Positions 1-6,848 of a stretch of 16,437 nt of DNA are shown here, in pieces. Positions within the stretch are counted from its first letter, which is position 1; the number at the start of each line of letters is the position of its first letter. Made by a program: the position numbers and the translations under genes. Source of the stretch: Ostreococcus tauri (Eukaryota); assembly GCA_000214015.2 (NCBI GenBank), contig CAID01000010.2, forward strand, positions 513,303-529,739, written 5' to 3'. A model generated the notes under the pieces. It worked only from the letters and a program-made list of their open reading frames with translations. It was not told where the DNA came from and made no database searches.

Positions 1-2
1 GG

Positions 3-626
3 ACGTGCGCGCACCGCGTGTGCGCGGCGTGTTATCGCGATCGCGACGACGGTCGAGCGTGCGCGCGGTGCGGACGAGGGTTCGGGGGACGGGCGACGCG
101 CGGGCGGGCGATGGATGATGAGTTGGACGACGCGATCGCGCGCGCGTTGGGCGGACGCGAGACGTGGCGGTTCGACGCGCGCGACGCGGACGATGACGCG
201 CGGGCGCTCGGGGTGCTGAAATCGGCGTTCGGGTACGCGGAGTCGCGGGCGTTCGGGGGTGGGGGGGGGGCGGCGACGACGGCGGCGGCGGCGGCGGCGG
301 CGGCGGCGACGGCAGCGGCGGCGGATGGCGGGCAGACGTCTGAGGGTGCTTCGATGCCGCGAAAGATGGTCGAGGAGGTGTATCACGTGCGTTTTCGCGC
401 GTGGGGTGGGCGAGACGTCGCGCTCGGGTGCAGACACGCGTCCGCGCCGGGTTCGGCGACGGTGCGGGCGTTGGCGAGAACGGTGGAAAAGTGGTCGGCG
501 AAGCGCGTGGTGGCGATGCGAGACGTGTCAGGGGTCGAGTGGTCGATGGATGAGAGCGTGGAGGCGTACTTTGCTTCATCCCGAGAGCTCGGACGACCGT
601 ACGTCGCGTGGTTTGAGACGGCGTGA
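3..626 (+). CDS. 5'-truncated CDS: C-terminal part of a RING (C3HC4-like) zinc-finger protein with a poly-Gly/Ala linker; function unknown
   Basis: Frame 3 is open from nt 3, and the track 'M' at 18 is a GTG. Translation from nt 3 gives TCAHRVCAACYRDRDDGRACARCG, i.e. C-x-H-x2-C-x2-C-x10-C-x2-C. That spacing is the second half of a RING finger, so the gene probably starts upstream of the window. An internal ATG at 111 is the alternative start. Stop TGA at 624-626. The C-terminal ~90 aa are non-repetitive and look coding. Confidence 0.45.
   Translation, partial: TCAHRVCAACYRDRDDGRACARCGRGFGGRATRGRAMDDELDDAIARALGGRETWRFDARDADDDARALGVLKSAFGYAESRAFGGGGGAATTAAAAAAAAATAAAADGGQTSEGASMPRKMVEEVYHVRFRAWGGRDVALGCRHASAPGSATVRALARTVEKWSAKRVVAMRDVSGVEWSMDESVEAYFASSRELGRPYVAWFETA
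255..325. repeat. G-run (G5-T-G10) followed by an imperfect (GGC/GCG)n trinucleotide microsatellite, inside the CDS
   Basis: Read directly: gggggtgggggggggg then cggcgacgacggcggcggcggcggcggcggcggcggcgacggcagcggcggcgg. It encodes GGGGGAATTAAAAAAAAATAAAADGG. Confidence 0.85.
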
Positions 627-707
627 GCGCGCGTTGTTAGTCGGACGCGACGCGACGACAGTGTGACTTGAGACGAGGGCGTGTCGCCACATAGCTGCGT
701 GCGCGGC

Positions 708-1757
708 ATGCGCCGAACGCTCGCGCTGTGCGCGTTATTCTCGACGATCAGTGCGTTCGCTCGGGCCGAGCCGAACGCGCTCGAGACGGAGTTCTCATTC
801 GATGAAGTGCAAAGAAACGACGACGTGGTCGAATTGCGAGGCAAGTACGAAATCCGAAACGCGGACGCGAACGAGGTCGATCTCGTCGGTCTCGCGCTCA
901 AATTTCGGTTTCCCGGAACCGTTGACGTGCGAGCCGACGATGGCTCTGTCACGAAATCGAAGGCACTCCCGTCGGATTGGCGCGCGTCTTGTTTCTGGAG
1001 CTACGTCGAGGGACGGTACAACGGGACAAACGTCTGTCCTTCCATCACGTTCGCCGTGACGTCTCAAGAGTTGGAAGTACGGTTCGTGAACTCGATCAAG
1101 TTGTGCCCCGGATGCGTGTTAAGAGGTGATGGCTCGCGCACGTCGTTCGCGGTAAAGCACGTCAAATATTTGCCCTTCGCACGAGGCGTCGCGCCGCTCG
1201 AACTCCGAGGCATCGAGCAATTCGTGGACGGACCGCCGACGCCGGCGAGACCCGTCTTTCGAGTTTGCTTCCCCAAAGACGTCGACTTTTCATTCCGCGT
1301 GTCGAGTTATCCATCGAGGCAGGATGACGTCGCGTCGTCTTCACAGAAAACGGCGATCATGCCGCTCGGAACGGCGGGCTACGACGCATTTTTGCGCGTA
1401 TTCATAGACGTGACAAATCGACAAGCGGAGGATTACGACATGTCAAACGTCGTCATCACGTTCCCGTTCGACTGGTCCATCGTGCCCGATGAAAAGCGAG
1501 GGAAGGTTCAACAAACACCAGACGATTTCTTCATCCGTTGTCACGGCTCTGGCTCGTCTCTGTGCGACGTCACCGAGGTCGAGCGCTCGCGGGACGGATT
1601 CGCCATTCGTTTCAAGAATGGTTTCGCGTTATGTCCGGGATGTTCCTTGCGCGGATCCGGTCCGCAACGATGCGCGTTCGAGGTGTACTCGCCATTTCTC
1701 TTTCCCGTCGACATCGAATCCGTCCGCGGCGCCTCCGCGGCGTGCGCCGCGTTGTAA
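708..1757 (+). CDS. Secreted protein with two tandem duplicated beta-sandwich-like (CBM-like?) modules, each ending in an LCPGCxLRGxG motif
   Basis: First ATG is at 708 (track start 681 is GTG). The N-terminus MRRTLALCALFSTISAFARA/EP looks like a signal peptide. Internal duplication: module 1 at about nt 783-1178, module 2 at about nt 1254-1709. Both share [IV]xN...D[LM]xxxxxxFxF ... [EA][VI]RFxNxxxLCPGCxLRGxG...F.V...PF. CPGC codons are at 1104-1115 and 1632-1643. Stop TAA at 1755-1757. Confidence 0.7.
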   Translation: MRRTLALCALFSTISAFARAEPNALETEFSFDEVQRNDDVVELRGKYEIRNADANEVDLVGLALKFRFPGTVDVRADDGSVTKSKALPSDWRASCFWSYVEGRYNGTNVCPSITFAVTSQELEVRFVNSIKLCPGCVLRGDGSRTSFAVKHVKYLPFARGVAPLELRGIEQFVDGPPTPARPVFRVCFPKDVDFSFRVSSYPSRQDDVASSSQKTAIMPLGTAGYDAFLRVFIDVTNRQAEDYDMSNVVITFPFDWSIVPDEKRGKVQQTPDDFFIRCHGSGSSLCDVTEVERSRDGFAIRFKNGFALCPGCSLRGSGPQRCAFEVYSPFLFPVDIESVRGASAACAAL

Positions 1758-1796
1758 CGAACCGCTCGCAACAGACGTCACTCCTCGGCGCGTCAT

Positions 1797-2654
1797 ATGA
1801 TCGACCTCGACGACCCGAATGTTAAAAAACACGTCGACCAAAAGCGCCGATTGCGCGACGCGCACGTGAAGGCGTCGTCGACCTCCACGTCCGAGGCGTG
1901 CGCGGTGCGCGGCGTCGCTCCTGGGAACCGCGCGGTGAAGAAATTCATCGTTCTGGACCTGGGACGCCCGATTCCGCTCGAACACGACCCGTGGACGTCG
2001 GGAGACGCGTTCGAGATCGAGTTCGAGCACCAGGGTGCCGTGGTGCGACGCTCGTTGGGGGAGTTGAGGAGCGCGAACGGTGGGAAGTGGACGGAGTTTG
2101 AGTTGCGGGCGTGGAACTGCGTCACGGGATGGTCGTTCGCGGACGGATTAAAGTTCAATGGCGTTGGCTTAGACGTGGTACTGAGGTGTGCGTTCGGTGA
2201 GAATTTAAAGTTTGAGTGTCTGTTTCAGACAGGCGCGGATGGGTACACGACGAGCGTGGACGCGAGGGATTTGGACGGCGCGTTTTTGGCGGTGACGGAT
2301 GAGAGTGGAGAGATGGTCTCTCGAGAGCACGGCGGGCCGAGACTCGTGTTTCCGACGTTGTTCGGTTGGAAATCAGCGAAGTATTTAAAGAGTGTGACGC
2401 TGCGAGCGTACGAGGGTGGATTTTGGGAGAAGTTGGGATGTCATCGTCGCGGACGTTGGGCGCTCGATGAACGATGGGCGAGCGGGACGTCGTCGCGCGT
2501 TTGGACGGCTCTAGCTTGGCTCACGAATCGCTATCAAATCTTCGGCGATGGGATTTGGATTTGGGTCATGGTGGTCGGCGGCAAGGTCCTCGGCGCCATC
2601 GCGTCGTTCACATCGTTGTTCTCTATAGGAAATAGGAATAGAAAGTTGCAATGA
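1797..2654 (+). CDS. Sulfite-oxidase-family molybdopterin-binding oxidoreductase (small bacterial/cyanobacterial type) with a C-terminal transmembrane segment
   Basis: ATG at 1797, TGA at 2652-2654. Motifs recalled from the Oxidored_molyb/SO family: RGVAPGNRAVKKFIVLDLGRPIP (cf. GRLPPGQ..fPVL..G..P); WNCVTGWSFADGLKFNGVGL, the Mo-ligand Cys context hCVtgWS..W.Gv (Cys codon 2118-2120); EHGGPRLVFPTLFGWKSAKYLKSVTL (cf. EHGGPlRLvvP..yGwKSaKWl..I); GGFWEKLGCHRRGRW..ERW (cf. GFWE..GYh..g.pW.EeRy). Hydrophobic stretch IWIWVMVVGGKVLGAIASFTSLF lies near the C-terminus. Confidence 0.75.
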   Translation: MIDLDDPNVKKHVDQKRRLRDAHVKASSTSTSEACAVRGVAPGNRAVKKFIVLDLGRPIPLEHDPWTSGDAFEIEFEHQGAVVRRSLGELRSANGGKWTEFELRAWNCVTGWSFADGLKFNGVGLDVVLRCAFGENLKFECLFQTGADGYTTSVDARDLDGAFLAVTDESGEMVSREHGGPRLVFPTLFGWKSAKYLKSVTLRAYEGGFWEKLGCHRRGRWALDERWASGTSSRVWTALAWLTNRYQIFGDGIWIWVMVVGGKVLGAIASFTSLFSIGNRNRKLQ

Positions 2655-2674
2655 TTTGCGCTACGATACGGTAC

Positions 2675-3679
2675 CTAGAGTTCGTCGCGCGAGACCACAT
2701 GAAGCTTCGCCACTTCGCTCGCGATCGCGCCGAATAACGAGTCCTCCCTCGTGCTCGGCTGAACATCCTGTCCAAGCTCCCAAATCATCACACCCGCGTA
2801 CCCCGCGGCGCTCGCTAATCGCACTTTTTCTCGCACGTCGTTCACCGAGTCAAACGCAAACGCGCCGACTCTATTTTCCTTCTCGTCGAACGCTCCCGAT
2901 GCGTCTCGGCGAATCTCTTCGTACGTTTTCACGTCGCCTAAATTATCGAGCGAACGCGCGTAGAAAGGAATTCCAAGCGTGAGCTTGGAGACGTCGCTGT
3001 GCGCCTTGGTGTGTTCAATCACCTCTCTCACGAAGTCCAAACTCGCGTGCCCTGTCGGCGACCTCGAATCGTACGCCATGACGTGAATCCAGTCGGTGAC
3101 CTGGTCCAACCTAAACGTCTTCAGAGCGTCGAACGTCCCGATCGAGGGATGGATCGCGATGCTCAATCGACGACGACGCCCATCGGTATCGCTCGCGTCG
3201 AGCGCGACTCTGGTGGCGAGTAACAGCTCGCGATACGCCCGCCAATCCTCGTCCGAGACCGGGTACTCCCAATCGTACGACACACCGTCGTAATCACCCT
3301 CGATCACCGTTCGCACGACCACCGCCGCCAATCGATCGATGCCAATCGATCCCGCGCGCGCCGCTCCGACGAAGCCGGCGCTGCGTCCGCCGCCGCCCAC
3401 GGCCAAATCCATCGCGCACGTCGACGTCTTCTTCGCCACCGACGCACCGTTCTCCAACCCGTCGCCGCTGGCGTTGGGATAGACGCTGAACGCGATCACG
3501 CGCGCGTGCGGTGACGCGCACGCCCCGTCGGCGGCGTCGATGGGGCGATAATCAGGAAGGTAGGCGTGCGCGCTGAACGCATCGCGTGACGCGCGCACGA
3601 CGCGCGCGAGGACGACGGCGATGGTGCAGAGGACGACGACGCGTTGGGTGCATCGTGGCGTCCATCGAGCGCGGGTCAT
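2675..3679 (-). CDS. Glycoside hydrolase family 18 (chitinase / ENGase-like) protein with an N-terminal signal anchor and a C-terminal RDEL
   Basis: ATG (cat) at 3677-3679, TAG (cta) at 2675-2677. GH18 landmarks: LAVGGGGRSAGF (cf. LSiGGw..s..F); YDGVSYDWEYP at the DxxDxDxE position (nt 3266-3289); IHVMAYD (MxYD); GIPFYARS (GxPxYGR); GVMIWELGQD. N-terminal hydrophobic VVVLCTIAVVLARVV. The protein ends ...VVSRDEL. Confidence 0.8.
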   Translation of the reverse strand: MTRARWTPRCTQRVVVLCTIAVVLARVVRASRDAFSAHAYLPDYRPIDAADGACASPHARVIAFSVYPNASGDGLENGASVAKKTSTCAMDLAVGGGGRSAGFVGAARAGSIGIDRLAAVVVRTVIEGDYDGVSYDWEYPVSDEDWRAYRELLLATRVALDASDTDGRRRRLSIAIHPSIGTFDALKTFRLDQVTDWIHVMAYDSRSPTGHASLDFVREVIEHTKAHSDVSKLTLGIPFYARSLDNLGDVKTYEEIRRDASGAFDEKENRVGAFAFDSVNDVREKVRLASAAGYAGVMIWELGQDVQPSTREDSLFGAIASEVAKLHVVSRDEL

Positions 3680-3785
3680 CGAGCGCGCGTGGGCGTGTGC
3701 GGCGCGCGAGGCGTTTGAGCGCGTTTCAACTACCGCCCCTCGTGTCGTACTACAAAGACTTCATCACGATTTACGCGTCGATCGA

Positions 3786-4535
3786 TCACGATTCCATGGC
3801 GTCGCCCTGCGCGGCGACGCGAGCGGCCTCTCTCGCGGGCTCGGCGATGTCTTCGGGGACGCGAACGAATTCGCCGTCGCTCGCGTCGCACACCCAGCTC
3901 ATCTCGCACTCAAACTCCTTGTCCTTGACGTCGTGCGTGGCGTACACGATCCGCGCCAGCTCCTTCACCGCCTCCGCGCACGTGATCTCGTTCAACTTCA
4001 ATTTTTCAACCTCAGTCTTCGCCGCGTTTTTCCCCTTTCCAATGCACGCCCCGCGCATCTTCGCGCACTCGCCGTTTTGCTCCACCAAGTACAGGTGGTA
4101 CCCGTCAAAGTCTTTGCAACCGAGCAAGGTCGAGCACCCGAACGGCCGAACGCTCCAGTACAGCGTGAACAAGTGATAGTAATGCGCCATGCGTTCCGCC
4201 AACACCTTCCCCGGGATCGCATCGCCGTAGAAGGATTTATAATTCGCGCACTCCGCCCTCGCCCGATCCGCCACCGCCGCGAGATCCGGCGTGTATCCGC
4301 TCCCGCCAACACCGGCGTGTCTCGCCACCGCGCGCGTCCGTCGATTCGTTCCGGGTTTATGCAGCTTACTCGGCACCAGCTTCTCGCACGCGATGACGAC
4401 GCCATCGACGCACTTCACGCCCACGGTCAACCCGCCCGCGTCCACCGCTTTTCCCGCGTACTCCACCTGAAACACCCTCCCATCCGGCGAGTACGTCGTC
4501 GTGCTCAGGTCGTACCCGCTCCCGATCCCCGACAT
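3786..4535 (-). CDS. PAG1: 20S proteasome subunit alpha type-3 (alpha7)
   Basis: [31 protein letters not shown]... closely tracks the PSMA3/PAG1 N-terminus ([31 protein letters not shown]). Later blocks also match: [35 protein letters not shown].E.SWV. I placed the start at the conserved Met (cat 4533-4535). The track ORF runs to 4706 through 57 Arg-rich codons that the family lacks. Stop tca at 3786-3788. Confidence 0.9.
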   Translation of the reverse strand: [249 protein letters not shown]

Positions 4536-4911
4536 CGTCCCAAGACGCCGCGCGCGATCGTTCGCGCGCGAGACCGCGCGCGCGAGCCGCGAAGGTGCCG
4601 ATCCGAGACGTCGATCGAGATGCGTCGATCGTCCACGAAACCGACGCTCGCGCCTTTCCTTCGAACCGCGTCGCCCGTCACGACGTCGCGTCGCGCCGCG
4701 TCGCACCGCGCGGTCGTGTCTTCACGTCGCGGGCGAGCGCGCGAAGGGATGTGCGGCGTCAACGTCATCACGCACTCGCGGTGGAGGCGAGGCGAGAAAA
4801 ATGAACTCGTCTCCGGCGCGCGGACGCGGCGAGCGACGCGACGAATGGACGCGCGACGCACGCGCGGTGAGGAATCGTGAACGGTACTCTTACGTCTAAA
4901 TACATCGCGCG

Positions 4912-5652
4912 TTACCCGTGGAATCGCGGATCGGGCGCGCGAGGATCCGCGCTCGGCGCGCCGGCGACGACGTCCGCCGCCTTGGCCGCGCTCGCGGCGC
5001 CGTACCTCTTCGCGTACGGAAGCGTCTTCTCCCCGCGCTCCAACGCCCGGACGTTCTCCTCGAGCACTTCCTTTGGAAATTTACCCACGATGAACCCCTC
5101 GCTGTTTCCCCGGGCGTCCAAGAATTCCAAGTGCGGTATTCCGTCCACGCCGTACGCGTCCATCTCCTCCCCCCACCGCGCGTTGTCGATGTTCAACATC
5201 ACAAAATTCACCCCACGCGCGTGTTCCCGCTCGACGTCGTACACCATCGGCGCGCTCTCCTTGCACACCTCGCACCAATCGGCGTAGAACTCCACCACGG
5301 TGGGTTTCCCGCTCTCGAGCGCCGCGTCCAGGGGCGCGCTCGCCGCCTCCAATCGCGCGAGACCCCCCCCCGCCGCGCTCGCCGCCCCCCCCGCGCCCTC
5401 GAACGCGGTCCCAGAGGTGAAGACGAACGCACACGCCCCGACCGCGACCGCGCTCACGGCGATGGCGCGATTCCGTCGTCGTTCGGCGTCGATGTCGTCA
5501 TCGATGCGTGATTCTCCGCGCGCGTCCGCATTCGACCCTCGCGCGCGCTCGGGCGACGCCCGCGTCCGCGGCGACGCGCGCGCGGACGTCCTCGACGGTC
5601 GACGCGGTCGAGCGGTCGCGAGCGCGCGCGGCGACGTCGACGTCGCGCGCAT
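4912..5652 (-). CDS. HCF164: Thylakoid membrane-anchored lumenal thioredoxin-like protein, HCF164/TxlA type (WCEVC active site)
   Basis: GKPTVVEFYADWCEVCKESAPMVYDVEREHARGVNFVMLNIDNARWGEEMDAYGVDGIPHLEFLDARGNSEG matches the Arabidopsis HCF164 core as I recall it. WCEVC lies at nt 5263-5277. An S/T/R/A-rich N-terminus (transit-peptide-like) is followed by the hydrophobic anchor AIAVSAVAVGACAFVF. The track start 5757 is GTG; the first ATG is at 5650-5652. Stop tta at 4912-4914. Confidence 0.85.
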   Translation of the reverse strand: MRATSTSPRALATARPRRPSRTSARASPRTRASPERARGSNADARGESRIDDDIDAERRRNRAIAVSAVAVGACAFVFTSGTAFEGAGGAASAAGGGLARLEAASAPLDAALESGKPTVVEFYADWCEVCKESAPMVYDVEREHARGVNFVMLNIDNARWGEEMDAYGVDGIPHLEFLDARGNSEGFIVGKFPKEVLEENVRALERGEKTLPYAKRYGAASAAKAADVVAGAPSADPRAPDPRFHG

Positions 5653-5925
5653 CGCGAAGTGTCGCGTCGATGGCGTTCGTTTCACGAGTCGCGACTCGTC
5701 AAAGACCCCCTCTGTGGATGATTGATCGTCCACCGCGCCCGCGCATCGCCGCGCCACCGCCCGACGCGCGCCCTCGCGCGCGCGCGAGACCGCGAACGCG
5801 CGCGCGAGACGTTCGCCGTCGTCTCCATCGCGCCGTGGCCGCGCGCGCGGTCGCCGAGCGAGGGATTCGCACCTCCGAGGACGATTTAACGGTCAACGAG
5901 GACGATCTCGCGCCGGTGACGCGCC

Positions 5926-6663
5926 ATGGCGTCCGCGCGCGCGATCTCGAGCGCGGACGCGGGTGATTCTTCGTCGCGACGCGACGGGCGCGCGGCGGTG
6001 GGGACGAGCGAGACGACGTCGATGACGACGCGGTTGATTCGAGGGACGCTGAGCGCGGCGTGCGTGTGCTGCGGAACCGTCGGCGGCGCGGTGGTCGGAG
6101 CGATCGCGGGCGCGGCGTCGTCCAGGGGCGTCGTGCGAGGGGCGGTGTGTGGGGCGTACGCGGGGGCGCTGACGCTGTTGGAGACGATGGATTTAGAGGG
6201 TGATTACGAAGGGTCTTCTGAGGGGGAGGTTGGACGCGAGGCGAACGCCGAGACGGGCGGCGAGTGGTACGCCGTGCGCGAGGACGCGAGTGACGGGTCG
6301 ATGCGAATAGTGGCGATGCCGTTCACGCACGCGATGAACTTTACGCAGGTTTTGAGGATGTTGGCGAACGGTGAGGCGGATCGCGGGGCGAGCGCGGTGA
6401 AGGTGGCTGAGCTCCCGAGTCGGACGTTTCGTCGATCGGAAGGCGGCGTCGACGCGATCGACGGGATGTGCGCGGTGTGTCTCGACGTCTTCTTGGACGG
6501 TGAGATGGTGAAGACGCTACCGTCGTGCGCGCACGAGTTTCACGAGGCGTGCATCGATCGATGGCTGCTTCGTAGGGATTGCTGTCCGATTTGTCGCCGA
6601 CGCGCGTCGATCGACGTAGATCGAGAGCAGAACGTCGACGGCGATTCCGACTCGAGCGCGTGA
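5926..6663 (+). CDS. RING-H2 (C3H2C3) zinc-finger protein with an N-terminal hydrophobic segment; putative membrane-associated E3 ubiquitin ligase (ATL-like)
   Basis: gccATGgc start at 5926, TGA at 6661-6663. CAVCLDVFLDGEMVKTLPSCAHEFHEACIDRWLLRRDCCPIC (nt 6469-6594) has C-x2-C-x15-C-x-H-x2-H-x2-C-x10-C-x2-C spacing. Hydrophobic Gly/Ala/Cys-rich segment LSAACVCCGTVGGAVVGAIAGAA. Confidence 0.8.
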   Translation: MASARAISSADAGDSSSRRDGRAAVGTSETTSMTTRLIRGTLSAACVCCGTVGGAVVGAIAGAASSRGVVRGAVCGAYAGALTLLETMDLEGDYEGSSEGEVGREANAETGGEWYAVREDASDGSMRIVAMPFTHAMNFTQVLRMLANGEADRGASAVKVAELPSRTFRRSEGGVDAIDGMCAVCLDVFLDGEMVKTLPSCAHEFHEACIDRWLLRRDCCPICRRRASIDVDREQNVDGDSDSSA

Positions 6664-6848
6664 TTCGATCGTTCCGTAGTTTTCACATCATCGAGTGGGA
6701 ACGCCCCACTCGTGTTCCTGGCGCATCCGCGCGCTTTTGTTGTACGATACACTGTGTTTGCCGCGATTCACCCGCGTCCTCGGCGCGTCGGCGCGCGACG
6801 AGAACGTCTCCCGCACACACCGACGCGCGCTTCGACGCACACCTCTCG

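Noticed and set aside
18-20. GTG-initiated track starts (18, 681, 5757, 10971) and the extended proteasome start at 4706
   Set aside because: The gene content is eukaryotic, so ATG initiation is expected. I re-anchored to ATGs at 708, 5652, 11085 and 4535. The first ORF was treated as 5'-partial.
192-250. LGVLKSAFGYAESRAF resembling the RecQ-helicase N-terminal 'FGY.sFR' motif
   Set aside because: It is an isolated short match followed by low-complexity Gly/Ala. No Walker A or DEAH motifs follow in the remaining ORF.
1122-1130. RGD tripeptide (LRGDGS) in the secreted protein as an adhesion motif
   Set aside because: It is a three-residue match within the conserved LCPGCxLRGxG block. The second module has RGS instead, so it is most likely chance.
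1751-1774. GT...AG pair (24 nt) that would excise the TAA between the tandem-module ORF and the SO-family ORF
   Set aside because: It is far too short for a spliceosomal intron and has no donor consensus. A GTGCGC...AG alternative (1742-1844, 103 nt) would break the frame.
3621-4880. 419-aa + strand ORF spanning the proteasome gene and its upstream region
   Set aside because: It is extremely Arg/His/Ala-rich with no recognisable motifs. It lies antisense to a clearly conserved proteasome alpha-3 CDS. Long stop-free antisense frames are expected at this GC content.
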